Shown here: in pieces, positions 18,934-29,039 of the stretch
Layout of the letters: each line of letters opens with the position of its first letter
How positions within the stretch are numbered: position 1 is the stretch's first letter
From: an uncultured Chlamydiae bacterium
GTDB lineage: Bacteria; Chlamydiota; Chlamydiia; Chlamydiales; Parachlamydiaceae
DNA: 64,000 bases
Direction: 5' to 3'
NCBI GenBank assembly: GCA_963754655.1
Contig: CAVWGN010000001.1
Location: 128,001-192,000 of the forward strand
Made by a program: the position numbers and the translations under genes
Notes under the pieces: model-generated
The model's input: only the letters and a program-made list of their open reading frames with translations
Database searches by the model: none
What the model was told of the DNA's origin: nothing

Positions 18934-19635
18934 TTAGAGCTTAGCTTTAGACAAAGGGATGGCATTGAACATCATTTCAGCATACTCAAATGCCACGTAA
19001 GCCTCTTGAACAAGTTGGTTTTGAACTTGCTTATTGATTGCTAAACTATTTAATTTCTCTTTATAGAGCTCTTTAAAAGCATGCGTATTAGGTCTCCCCG
19101 ATGCTTTAAAGAGCTCAGAAAAATCATACAAATGAACAGCATCCGGCCATTTTTTTTCAATATATCTTTTAAGAATCATTCCACCAGACAAATCTCCCAA
19201 ATAACGCACATAAGCATGTGCGACGAGCAATAGGGGATAACTCCTTCCCAATTGACGGAGATGTTCAGCATAACGCAAAGCAGCTGCTGATGTTCGCCTC
19301 GGAAAATGCTTAAAAGAATCAGAATTTAAGTCTTCTTCAAGAGCTTGTTGCCGATTTAATGCAGGATAATTGATTTTTTTTAACTCTGGACAAATCTTGA
19401 GATTAAGTTGTATTTCCTCTTCCAGAACTGTATAAATCAATGTTAAATCTACTAAATACTGGTGGTAGCTTCTCCTTTCCAATGTCCCTTTTAGTAAATT
19501 TTTCATAAAAGAATGATTTTCAACGTGTGCATGAATGTCTTTGGTTCCTTCATACAAGGCTGTTGACAGCGCAGGAAGAGAGGGAGCAGATGCACCTGTG
19601 AAAGAGTTATCTAAGAAGATGTAAAATGAATTCAT
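18934..19635 (-). CDS. Biliverdin-producing haem oxygenase
   Basis: TKDIH (proximal His), LVAHAYVRYLGDLSGG, EA..AF. Confidence 0.92.
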   Translation of the reverse strand: MNSFYIFLDNSFTGASAPSLPALSTALYEGTKDIHAHVENHSFMKNLLKGTLERRSYHQYLVDLTLIYTVLEEEIQLNLKICPELKKINYPALNRQQALEEDLNSDSFKHFPRRTSAAALRYAEHLRQLGRSYPLLLVAHAYVRYLGDLSGGMILKRYIEKKWPDAVHLYDFSELFKASGRPNTHAFKELYKEKLNSLAINKQVQNQLVQEAYVAFEYAEMMFNAIPLSKAKL

Positions 19636-19737
19636 AAATATTCTCCAAATTAGTAGTAGTCAGATTGAAGGTTGATTTTTTTTCTCGATTTTATGCACTA
19701 ACGAATAGGAAATGGTCGAAAATCTCGCTTAAACTCG

Positions 19738-20058
19738 CTAACGTAAGGATTGAGTTTCAGGTTCCTCTTGTTCTTCCAGGAGGTGATTATTTTGCAATAG
19801 CATATTTTGATTCTCAATGGGAAAAGTGGTATTTGCAGCAATTTGTAGCTCATGCCAATAGCCGCGATCAAACCATCCTAGGCTTCCATTCCAAAAGAAA
19901 CAAAGAGTCACAATTCCCCATATAGGCCAAAAAAGATAGGTAAGTTTTAAAAATTTGGGTACCTTGGCATCAAAGGTTGCAATACCTGGATCTCCATAAA
20001 GCTCTATTTCCCCTTCAAAATGGGGATCCTCTACTTTATCTTTTCCTTCGTGAGGCAT
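19738..20058 (-). CDS. cbb3 CcoP N-terminal-like membrane protein with no haem motif
   Basis: DPGIATFDAKVPKFL plus a TM helix resembles the CcoP/FixP N-terminus (DGIEEYDNPLPxWW); no CxxCH. Confidence 0.5.
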   Translation of the reverse strand: MPHEGKDKVEDPHFEGEIELYGDPGIATFDAKVPKFLKLTYLFWPIWGIVTLCFFWNGSLGWFDRGYWHELQIAANTTFPIENQNMLLQNNHLLEEQEEPETQSLR

Positions 20059-20249
20059 GAACGCTCTCCTTGTTTGACTTCATCTTCTTGCATCATTTGA
20101 AATTTAGGTTCTTCATCCATATCTAAACGCTTTTTCTTCCATAAATACAAAAATATAAGGAAGGCACTCCCCACAAGGGAAATGACTAAACCATAGTGAA
20201 AAAAGTTGCCATATACCCCTATTCCATCGATGACTGCACAAATCGTCAT
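20031..20249 (-). CDS. Small cbb3 accessory membrane protein (CcoQ/CcoS-like)
   Basis: One TM helix followed by WKKKRLDMDEEPK; ATGA overlap with the ccoO stop. Confidence 0.5.
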   Translation of the reverse strand: MTICAVIDGIGVYGNFFHYGLVISLVGSAFLIFLYLWKKKRLDMDEEPKFQMMQEDEVKQGERSCLTKEKIK

Positions 20250-21556
20250 GGCAATTTCCTTTGCCCTTCAATAATTTCCTTAGTTTTAATCGGATCTTTT
20301 CCTAGCCACCATGCTTGAGTAGGAGGCGTAATGCGCGTTCCCTTAGTCATCATATACTGATAAATGGCTTCGAAGCGATAATTCGGAATTCCAATTGAAC
20401 TTTTGCCCGTTCCTCGTGGATCATGATCAAAAAAATGTTGGAAAGCAGGCATGATAGATCCTGCACTTGCTGTTTTTGGAGCCCAAAAGTGAGATTGATG
20501 CCAATCTCGGCTAGGTCTTTTGACTCCTACACGTGATAAATCGGGTCCAATGCGCCGAGTGCCTGGAAAAGTAATTTTTTGGTAGATGAACTCATTAGCC
20601 GAAGAAGGAGGAGCTGGGTATGAATCAGAACCGTTAAGCACCACATCTTGAATCAACGTGCGCGTTTGATCGGTATGACAATACCAGCATCCTTCAATGG
20701 CATAAATTTTTTCACCCAAATAAATAAGTTCTTGGCGTGAGTAAAACCCCAGCATAGGACTTGTCAATTCAGCCAAACCCTTCATAGGCCTTCCTTGAGG
20801 GTCATAACGCCAACGTTCTTGATCTCCATAATGAATCGGAATGATGCGAAATTCGCGCGGATTTTGCACATACACCACACCATATTCTTGATGATAAGGT
20901 TGTTTGACAGCGTCATCTAAAATCTTAAAATTCTCATCCACCCAATTTTGTAAAATTCCACCTGAAGGATCCAGGGAAAAAGCTTCTTGGACTTGAGGAT
21001 CATAGAGCTCTAAAATTTGATACTGAACTTTTGACGTTTCTTCTTCTTTTGATGCTTGGCTATGCTGCTCTTTCCCATTGTGTTGCAAATTTTTTTGCAA
21101 TTTTTCAGCGTGTGTGCGCATCTCGCTTTCTGGCTCGCGCAACATGAGCAAACGCGAAGTCAATTTAAGTTCAGGCTCTTGATAACGAGTAATGTATTTT
21201 TCCAATTCTTGTGGAGCAACCAAGCGCAAATTTTCAGATTCTTTAAAAGTGAGTAAGGTAAAATCTTGCTTGAGATGATGCACATATTGCAGTTCGTGAC
21301 CTCCTGTCGAGGCGCTGCTCATGTAATAATTGGGATCTTCAACTTCATACATCTGGACTTGATAAGGGCTAGATGGGCTCGTCCAAGTGGAGTCAATAAA
21401 ACGAGGAGCAACCAACACGGCCATGACCGACATTGAAAAAAGAAGAATGATGCCTCCGATCATCAGGATGGCAGAGCGATCTAACTTATGGACAAAGTGG
21501 GTATGCGGCTTTAGCTTTTCTTCTTGTGCTTTTTTTTCCTCTCTAGAATCTGTCAT
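20246..21556 (-). CDS. ccoO: cbb3-type cytochrome c oxidase subunit II, with a large insertion
   Basis: TM helix, G.KIYAIEGCWYCH, GTRRIGPDLSRVG, WH..HF..P, SIMP. Confidence 0.85.
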   Translation of the reverse strand: MTDSREEKKAQEEKLKPHTHFVHKLDRSAILMIGGIILLFSMSVMAVLVAPRFIDSTWTSPSSPYQVQMYEVEDPNYYMSSASTGGHELQYVHHLKQDFTLLTFKESENLRLVAPQELEKYITRYQEPELKLTSRLLMLREPESEMRTHAEKLQKNLQHNGKEQHSQASKEEETSKVQYQILELYDPQVQEAFSLDPSGGILQNWVDENFKILDDAVKQPYHQEYGVVYVQNPREFRIIPIHYGDQERWRYDPQGRPMKGLAELTSPMLGFYSRQELIYLGEKIYAIEGCWYCHTDQTRTLIQDVVLNGSDSYPAPPSSANEFIYQKITFPGTRRIGPDLSRVGVKRPSRDWHQSHFWAPKTASAGSIMPAFQHFFDHDPRGTGKSSIGIPNYRFEAIYQYMMTKGTRITPPTQAWWLGKDPIKTKEIIEGQRKLP

Positions 21557-22986
21557 ACACTTGCCCTCACTTCACGAGGGGTCTCGGGTTGTGAGGCTGG
21601 TTTAAGAACAATGGTGTTATACATGTTAATGACAAATAAAATGTTGCCTAATAAAATAATGACGCCTCCAATTCCTCTTAAAATCCACCACTCTCGCATA
21701 TCGGCAACCGTTTGCAAAAAAGGCAAGCGCGTGAGATTATCGTGAAACTCTGCATAAGAAGTGCCATCAGCCCAATTAGCCCACATCAAACCCTGTAAAA
21801 ATCCTCCCACCCAAAGAGAAAATAAAAAGAGCAAACTGCCCCAGAGATTCAGAGCAAAATGCCAATCAGCCAATTTATTTGACCACAGCGGCTTTTTGGT
21901 CATGGCAGGAATGGCTTGATAGATCCCTGCAATAGCAAAAAAAGTAAACGTCCCATACAAAGAAATATGCGAATGTCCAATCACCCAATCTGTTTTAGAG
22001 GTAATTTCATTGACATTTCGCAAAGCCATCAGAGGCCCTTGAATGCAAGTAATCAGATAGAAAATATTGCCCATCATTAAAAAACGAATAGGTGCACTCT
22101 GCAAATATTTAGACCAATCCTTTTGGAGCGTTGCAAAAAGATTATAAACGACTGTCCAAACAGGAATAAAAAGCCATATTGAAAAGACAATGGAGGTCGT
22201 TTGCAGCCACTGAGACATAGGACCATGAATTTGATGATGAGTGCCAATCCACGCGTAAATGAAAGCAATAGACCAAAAACCAATCATTGATAAGCGATGG
22301 CTATAAATAGGAGTATTGGCTAATTTGGGCAAAAAGTAGTAAGCCGTGGCTAAACCCATAGGAGTATAAATCAATCCAACTAAGTTATGGACATAAAACC
22401 AGCTAGCATTGACCCGCGACATCCCCTCTGGCAGCCAGTTTAAAACAAAATTCCCCACTAAAACGGTAAATGTTGTCCAAATGAGAGTTCCCATGCTGTA
22501 CCACAAAGAGACATATAATTTTTCAAAGCGTCGGTTGAAAATTGTCATCAAAAAATCTACTACCAACAGGATCCAACTGACAGCAAATAAAAACTTGATA
22601 GGCAGCCAAGAAATCCACATGGGCAGTTCAGCATATTCCCAGCCCCAATTTGTTCCCCATGGAAAAGAATTAGAACCTATAATGAGTGAAAACCACCATA
22701 AGGCTCCTGCCCAAAGAGCAAGAGAGGGACTCCATAAAGAAATTCCACATAAGCGCGGAATAAAGTAGAGCATCAGACCAATATCGACAGAAAGCAGCCA
22801 TAATAAGGTGACGGTACTGACATGCACGGGACGAACCCGTCCAAAGTGAATATATTCACCAGAAAAGTAATCGGGAAAAACAAAAGCATTAAACGCAATA
22901 AAGACGCCGACTATCATGCCAATGATCATGAAAACAATGGCTGGATAAATAAAGAGCTTAGCCGCTCTATCATCGTAAGTTACCAT
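21553..22986 (-). CDS. ccoN: cbb3-type (C-family) haem-copper oxidase subunit I
   Basis: GRVRPVH, EYAE, WFYVHN, PIYSHRLS, IYAWIGTHH (cross-link Tyr), DWVIGHSH; all six His ligands present. Confidence 0.93.
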   Translation of the reverse strand: MVTYDDRAAKLFIYPAIVFMIIGMIVGVFIAFNAFVFPDYFSGEYIHFGRVRPVHVSTVTLLWLLSVDIGLMLYFIPRLCGISLWSPSLALWAGALWWFSLIIGSNSFPWGTNWGWEYAELPMWISWLPIKFLFAVSWILLVVDFLMTIFNRRFEKLYVSLWYSMGTLIWTTFTVLVGNFVLNWLPEGMSRVNASWFYVHNLVGLIYTPMGLATAYYFLPKLANTPIYSHRLSMIGFWSIAFIYAWIGTHHQIHGPMSQWLQTTSIVFSIWLFIPVWTVVYNLFATLQKDWSKYLQSAPIRFLMMGNIFYLITCIQGPLMALRNVNEITSKTDWVIGHSHISLYGTFTFFAIAGIYQAIPAMTKKPLWSNKLADWHFALNLWGSLLFLFSLWVGGFLQGLMWANWADGTSYAEFHDNLTRLPFLQTVADMREWWILRGIGGVIILLGNILFVINMYNTIVLKPASQPETPREVRASV

Positions 22987-23249
22987 ATATCTTGTCTCTT
23001 CTAAATAACAAAAATGTTTTTATAACATTGTTTGCTTAAAAAGAGCAAGAAGCGATAGATGAATGATAGCACTGACGCTTAAATCTTCGTTACCAACATG
23101 AGACTTTAACCAATCGCAAAAGCATTGTATTAAGTCATCCATACAATGTCTCTTGCGATCGTTTAACGATGGGGTTTTTCAGTCACTTTTAAATTCCTAT
23201 GAACAAACGAAATGACCCTCACATGAGTCTAAAATTAATTACTTAGGTT

Positions 23250-24566
23250 TTATAGTTGAGCGAAAGCTTGTTTAATGGTCTCTACCACCTTCTCCTGCTT
23301 TTGTAATTTCGCGTTAAGTTCATCAATTTGTGTATCTTTTTCTTGTGAACTTTTTTGTAAATTTTTCATTTGTGCATCTGTATTTTCTACTTGGGCTTGT
23401 AGAATTAAATTTTTCATTTTTTCTTGCTGGATGAGCTCTTCTTTTAATTTTTTTTCTTTCAATAATTCGTCAAAATCCTTTTGCTTAACTTCTTGTTGAG
23501 ATTGAGTCTTTTGAGAGACCTCTTTCTCACTCTTAAGTTCTTGATTTAAAGAAGAAATCTTTTTTTCTTGTTGGTTAATTCGTTCATTCAATTGAACTTT
23601 ATCTTCTTTTAATTGCAAACACTTCTCCTGATTTTCAAGATGTTCCAATTGATCGAGTCGAATTTTTTCATTTAAAGCAACGATTGCCTTTTGTTGACTC
23701 TCATATCGAGTTTTAATATCTGTCTGTTGATTTTTTTCAACTTGAATTGTATCTTTTAAAGAAAAGATGATTTGTTCTTGATGATTAAACTTCTGATTCC
23801 AAGCGGCTTGCTCTGATTGATAATTGGTTGCCAATTGCTGATATTGATTTTTTAAATGGATATTCATATCTTCTTGGGCACGCAGTTTTTCTTCCCATAA
23901 AGAAAGGGTGTTATTCCAAGAGGTTTGCATCCTGTATTTTTCTAACTGTAATTGAACCATGGAAGTAGCAATTCGATCTTTTTCCTTGGATAAGGCTTGA
24001 TGACTCAATTCCTTTTCTTGCAATTTTTGTGAAACGATTTTCAGATCGTTGTCTTTTTGTGTAAGATCGTTAGAGAGCTGTTCATTTTTTGATAGGGATT
24101 CATCGATCTTTCTCTTTTTTTGTGCCACCTCTTCTTCAAGTGTTGTACATTGCTCTTCTAATTTTCTTTTTTTACTCTCTTCTACCTGAAGTTGCTCTCT
24201 CTTTAGGACAAGCTCATAATTTTTTTGCATGGTCTGTTTTTGGGTTTCTTGAAAGGTCATTTTATCTTGTGCTCTTTTGTCTCTAAGCTCTTGATAACAA
24301 TGTTCTAGTTCAATTAATTTAAAACTCTTTAATTCATTTTTCTTTTCAGATGCATCAGGTTGTGTTTTAATGATCTCCTCTAACTCTTTTATTTTCAAAC
24401 ATACCCCTTGTCTTTCTAAGGGGTTGAGAAGTCTAAATTTTTTGATCCCTTCCTTTTGTTTAGATGAACAACTTTCTGAAGAGACATCAGGTGTTGGTGT
24501 TGATTGAGAAAGAAGGAGATGATTGTCATTATGACAAGAAGGGAAAGAAAAGTTTGACGCTTGCAT
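23250..24566 (-). CDS. Coiled-coil hypothetical protein, effector-like
   Basis: Q/E/K-rich heptads over most of its length, a Ser/Pro/Thr-rich N-terminus and an extremely AT-rich upstream spacer. Confidence 0.7.
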   Translation of the reverse strand: MQASNFSFPSCHNDNHLLLSQSTPTPDVSSESCSSKQKEGIKKFRLLNPLERQGVCLKIKELEEIIKTQPDASEKKNELKSFKLIELEHCYQELRDKRAQDKMTFQETQKQTMQKNYELVLKREQLQVEESKKRKLEEQCTTLEEEVAQKKRKIDESLSKNEQLSNDLTQKDNDLKIVSQKLQEKELSHQALSKEKDRIATSMVQLQLEKYRMQTSWNNTLSLWEEKLRAQEDMNIHLKNQYQQLATNYQSEQAAWNQKFNHQEQIIFSLKDTIQVEKNQQTDIKTRYESQQKAIVALNEKIRLDQLEHLENQEKCLQLKEDKVQLNERINQQEKKISSLNQELKSEKEVSQKTQSQQEVKQKDFDELLKEKKLKEELIQQEKMKNLILQAQVENTDAQMKNLQKSSQEKDTQIDELNAKLQKQEKVVETIKQAFAQL

Positions 24567-24750
24567 ACTGCATCCTTTTTGTTGGTTTAGCTAAATTTAT
24601 TTAGCAAAAATGTTTTGGAAATTTATTAGTTTTATAATAAAAACAAGTTAATTTTATTAAAATAAAACATTAATTTATTGTAAAGAAAATTAAAATTATT
24701 ATTTAAAGATAGTTAAATAATAAATTAAAATTAATTAGGATTGTTAAAAT

Positions 24751-27700
24751 TTAAGCAACATTTTTCTTTTGAGGTACAAAAGTCCTTCTCTTTCCACTTG
24801 GCTTTTTTTCTTCTGATTTTTGACTCTCAGATCGTGGCTCTTTCCTTTCTTCCTGCTGATTGAGCTTGATCACTATGTTAGCCTGTTCGTCTGCCAAACG
24901 CAGAGCTTCTTCCGTATCAGTAATCAATTTAGCCTTTATCTTTTTATAGCCTTCAATATTTGCTTGATGGATGCTGAGCTCTTCTCTTTGCTCAGCGGAA
25001 GAGATTTTACCTTCAGTGATTCGGCGTTGTTGCTCTAAGGAAGCAATCTGTTTATCTAATTCATTGACAATTTCTTTGCGAATTAATCGAATATGCTCTT
25101 TCACTTGTAAATTTTGATGCACAAGGAGTTGATGACTTTGCCAAGTATAACGATTGGCATTGAGGCGAATTAAATTAAAATAAGTTTGTAAGACAGATTG
25201 AGGAATCTCTTTGCTCATGAGGGTAATGCCAACATGATAGTAAAGATCTCGTTCATTCTTCAGTTGGGTTTTTATATTGAGCAGTTGTTGATCTCGATCT
25301 TCCAAACTCTTCATTTTCTTTTCCACCTCCAAATTTTTTTCATAAATTTGCAAAACTTCTTGTGACTGTGCTGGTCCCTCTGTCATTTTGCGCTCTAATT
25401 TTTCTTGTTGCATACGAAATTGATTCATTTCTTTTTGAAGCTGCTCAATTTGTTTACTTCCATCAATTCGAGCATTTTCAACAGTTAATTGCGCCATTTC
25501 AAAAGCTTGATAAAGTGCTTGGAATAATTGGCTGCGCTGCTCTTGCTCTTGCGTCAAAGAACGAAGGAAGATGACTAATTGCAAACGTTGCAGCGAGTTA
25601 GTAAAATCCCCCCAAGGAGTCATCGCAGTGCCTGGAACCCCATATTTGATGGATCGTAAAAGCCGTAAATCATCGTGGGAATTAATCCAATCCAAATTAG
25701 TCAACATGCGAGGCTTTGCCTCTTGCATGGCTTGAGCGCGTGCTCCACTCCCATCGGCTTCATTTCCATGGCAAACAGCGCAGTTGATGAGAAAGAACTT
25801 CTGTCCTTCTTCAATGTTATAAGGAGTGTAATATTTTTTTTTGATATAATAGCTATCCTGACCTGTATCGGTTGGATTGGAAATAACATCGAAAACATCT
25901 TCGACCTTATTCTGCTGCTGAACGCCTTTTGGAGCTTCTCTAGGGTAAATTTCAGGAGTAATGGAAGCATAGTAAGTGTCATTTGGCGCGAGTAAAAGAG
26001 AAAGATTGTTATCGGGAATTGGCGCGGGATTATTTTCTTCAGGCATTTCGCGTTCAGGCGGTTGGATCTGCTTGATTCCTTCTTTTGATTGTTGCTCCGG
26101 CGTCATTGGAATAAAATGTCCACCTTCCTTCTCTAGCTCTTTTAAGACATCTTCAGGAGTATATTGCCATTTAGGTACGTCAGTTGATTGGCGAATCACC
26201 TCTCCACCAGGCAGCGTTGAAAAGAGCCAATTGACGAGATAGCGAATTTCACTTTCTTTTAAAACACTCTGTCCATGAGAAATTTTTTGAATATCAACTG
26301 GTTTATGAGGTGCAACTTCATCCCATGGAGGCATTGGAGTCCCTTTTACGCCATGCTTAATCGAATAGATGGCCTTATCTTTTGTTAAGTTACGCAAAAA
26401 TTCAGGATTGTGGAGGTTCTTGGGAATAGGATAAATCCACTCCGCAATGGCACCATTTCCCACTAAGCCTATTCCATGGCATTGCGCACATAACATGTCA
26501 TAGGCTTCTGCTGGATTAAATCCCCGATGATCCCAAATTTGACGAATGGCATTGCGATTATGGACAGCAAGCACATCCAACATATGCGTCAAAGCATAAA
26601 ATTTTGTATCATCAAAGGGAAAGAGTGGCATAAGGGAGTGAGGGACGTGGCTTGAGGGATTGTGAAAATGTTCCATCAACCATTCATCAGTGCGATAAAT
26701 TCCCGACCAATTTAAATGGGGCCCAATGAGGCGGCCAAGTCCATAAGTTTGAATATACATCATGAGTACGCGATGAATGCGATCTTTCCAATTTTGCCAT
26801 TCTGCTTTAATTTGAACAACTTTCTTAGGATCTTTTTCTTGTTTGATTAAAGACTCATACTCGGCATTTTTAGCTCTTGAAGCATAACGAAAAGGAGAAT
26901 AGAGCGACTCAATGACTTCCGGATGATTGCGATCTATTTCTTCTAAAATTCCATTTTGCCGAACATGATTGACAATTCGTTCATCAATTTCTTTCGCATG
27001 TTGATCAATGATTGTCACCATTTCTGAGCCAGGCAATTCTTCATCATAAGAAGAAAAGTGCACAACTTCTGGAAAGAGTTTCCTAAACCAAAGTTGCTGT
27101 TCATAAAGTTGATCAAAAGAAGGCAATTCCTCTTTTTCAACGGCAAATCCCACATTGGAATCAAATCCTTGCAAGCGATGGCAAGCTGCACATCCCTCTG
27201 TGGCAAATACGGTCATGGCATAGCGCAAATCATACATTTTTGCAGGAGAGATAGGCTTTTCAACAGACGTTTTACGCCCTGCTTCCCACGATTGGACGGC
27301 AGCTTGGTAATCTGTTTTAGCCATCGCACGACTGCTCCCTTTTTGGGCAAGAAGGAAGGTCATTAAATCTTCTAGTTCTTTAGAATCAAAATGCATATTA
27401 GGCATGGTGGAGGTGGGCAAATCTCCTTGCGGCCAAACCAGCTTCCTTTTTAAATACCACGGATAGTTATCGCCAGAATGAGTCAACTCAGGTCCCACTC
27501 CTCCTCGCGAAAATCCTGTAATGCGATGACAAGCATAACAAGCTTGTGAAAGATAGAGCTCTTTTCCTCTTTGGTAATCGCGCGTTAATTCATCCACATC
27601 AGAAATCATCGCCGCTATCAGCTTTCTATCTTTTGTCGCTTCGGAAAAAGATTGCTGAGCTTCTTGCGCATGGCGCATAAGATCCTGGTTGAGATCTAAT

Positions 27701-29022
27701 GCCGCCGCTTTTGTAAATAAAATTCCAGTCGCTTGTGCATCATGCTGATGCTGCTTAAGAAAAGAATCAACTTCTTCTAGTCCCTTAGTTCGATAAGCCT
27801 GTTCTAATCCATTGACTAAAAATTCTGATCCCAATAAATGCATTAAATCTTGATTAAGCTTGTCAATGACACTCTCTTTTGCTCCTTTTTCTTCAACTTG
27901 ATTTTTAGCAGCCTGTTCTAAATATTTCACTTGTGAGGCCAAATGCTCAAGTTCAAGCGCCGGCAAAGAGTAATCTGTTTCTTTGATTTGCAATTGCTTA
28001 ATTGTTTTGGAATACCCCTGCTCATTCACCATTTGGTATAATTTAAGTAAATCGACAGCTGCCTGTTTTTCATTTTGGTAGGCGTCTGTCAATGATTTGA
28101 CTTTCTGTTGTTGCATCAAAGCCAAATCAGAGACAGATGTCTCTGCTCCAGCAAGTTTAATATCAGATGTTTGATGGCATTGCACACATTTTGATTGGAT
28201 TAAAGCTCCAACAAAAATAGGCTCTGTTTGAAAAATTAAATGATCTCCAGGCTTATGATTAAAGATACGAGCAAACTGCGGATCATTTTTCGCATCCTGC
28301 TCTGTAAATTGAGGCATAGGACCTAAATCTTCAATTTCATATTGTCCATCAAAGACTGGACCATGTGCTTTATCGGTGACGAGTCCACGCCCATTTCCAT
28401 TATGACACGATGTACAGCCATATTCTTCTAACGGATGGTATTCAAAAGGGTAAGTTTCATTACCCATAAGAGGATGCATCGTCAAAACTTTTGTTACGTC
28501 GTAAACGACATCTCCCACATGGGCAGTTTTCAAAGCTTCATATTGGTTTGCTTGATCTAATCGTTGCGTGATTTCCCCAGCTTGACCTTGACCTCTGAGT
28601 TGTTCGAGGACTTTTTCATCGCGAAGTGCTGCAATTTTTTCATCTAATTTTTGCCAAATATACTCTTCATTTGGAACTAAAACAGGATGACCTTTTTGGT
28701 CACGCACAATATTTCCATTAAGATCATGCGCAACTTTAGTCGGAGAAAAATAAGGAATTTGAAGAGCAACATGACAAGAAATGCAGCGATCGATGCTTGG
28801 AGGGCCGCGATCCTCGCGTTCTAAAACAATTTGCCGGATTCCTGACTGGAAAATTGGCGGAGATTGATGTGTATAAGTCGAGCGAAATTCTTCTAATGCC
28901 AGGTAGTCATTCTGATAAATTTTGTACTCAGGGAAAATTTCGCGGTATAGAAAAATACCAAAAAAAGCTGCGACAATCACTCCTGCTAAAATCAATAAAA
29001 TCTGGTAAGTATCTGCTCGCAT
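24751..29022 (-). CDS. Membrane-anchored hepta-haem c-type cytochrome (1423 aa)
   Basis: N-terminal TM helix; CISCH, CTSCH, CVQCH, CYACH, CAACH, CAQCH, CAVCH; distal Met motifs TMPN, LMPL, GTPMPPW, GTAMTPW. Confidence 0.88.
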   Translation of the reverse strand: MRADTYQILLILAGVIVAAFFGIFLYREIFPEYKIYQNDYLALEEFRSTYTHQSPPIFQSGIRQIVLEREDRGPPSIDRCISCHVALQIPYFSPTKVAHDLNGNIVRDQKGHPVLVPNEEYIWQKLDEKIAALRDEKVLEQLRGQGQAGEITQRLDQANQYEALKTAHVGDVVYDVTKVLTMHPLMGNETYPFEYHPLEEYGCTSCHNGNGRGLVTDKAHGPVFDGQYEIEDLGPMPQFTEQDAKNDPQFARIFNHKPGDHLIFQTEPIFVGALIQSKCVQCHQTSDIKLAGAETSVSDLALMQQQKVKSLTDAYQNEKQAAVDLLKLYQMVNEQGYSKTIKQLQIKETDYSLPALELEHLASQVKYLEQAAKNQVEEKGAKESVIDKLNQDLMHLLGSEFLVNGLEQAYRTKGLEEVDSFLKQHQHDAQATGILFTKAAALDLNQDLMRHAQEAQQSFSEATKDRKLIAAMISDVDELTRDYQRGKELYLSQACYACHRITGFSRGGVGPELTHSGDNYPWYLKRKLVWPQGDLPTSTMPNMHFDSKELEDLMTFLLAQKGSSRAMAKTDYQAAVQSWEAGRKTSVEKPISPAKMYDLRYAMTVFATEGCAACHRLQGFDSNVGFAVEKEELPSFDQLYEQQLWFRKLFPEVVHFSSYDEELPGSEMVTIIDQHAKEIDERIVNHVRQNGILEEIDRNHPEVIESLYSPFRYASRAKNAEYESLIKQEKDPKKVVQIKAEWQNWKDRIHRVLMMYIQTYGLGRLIGPHLNWSGIYRTDEWLMEHFHNPSSHVPHSLMPLFPFDDTKFYALTHMLDVLAVHNRNAIRQIWDHRGFNPAEAYDMLCAQCHGIGLVGNGAIAEWIYPIPKNLHNPEFLRNLTKDKAIYSIKHGVKGTPMPPWDEVAPHKPVDIQKISHGQSVLKESEIRYLVNWLFSTLPGGEVIRQSTDVPKWQYTPEDVLKELEKEGGHFIPMTPEQQSKEGIKQIQPPEREMPEENNPAPIPDNNLSLLLAPNDTYYASITPEIYPREAPKGVQQQNKVEDVFDVISNPTDTGQDSYYIKKKYYTPYNIEEGQKFFLINCAVCHGNEADGSGARAQAMQEAKPRMLTNLDWINSHDDLRLLRSIKYGVPGTAMTPWGDFTNSLQRLQLVIFLRSLTQEQEQRSQLFQALYQAFEMAQLTVENARIDGSKQIEQLQKEMNQFRMQQEKLERKMTEGPAQSQEVLQIYEKNLEVEKKMKSLEDRDQQLLNIKTQLKNERDLYYHVGITLMSKEIPQSVLQTYFNLIRLNANRYTWQSHQLLVHQNLQVKEHIRLIRKEIVNELDKQIASLEQQRRITEGKISSAEQREELSIHQANIEGYKKIKAKLITDTEEALRLADEQANIVIKLNQQEERKEPRSESQKSEEKKPSGKRRTFVPQKKNVA

Positions 29023-29039
29023 TATTTATTCCTAAGCAA

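Noticed and set aside
21553..22986. Nitric oxide reductase NorB
   Set aside because: It has cbb3 signatures and the helix-VII Tyr, and lacks the NorB H-x3-E motif.
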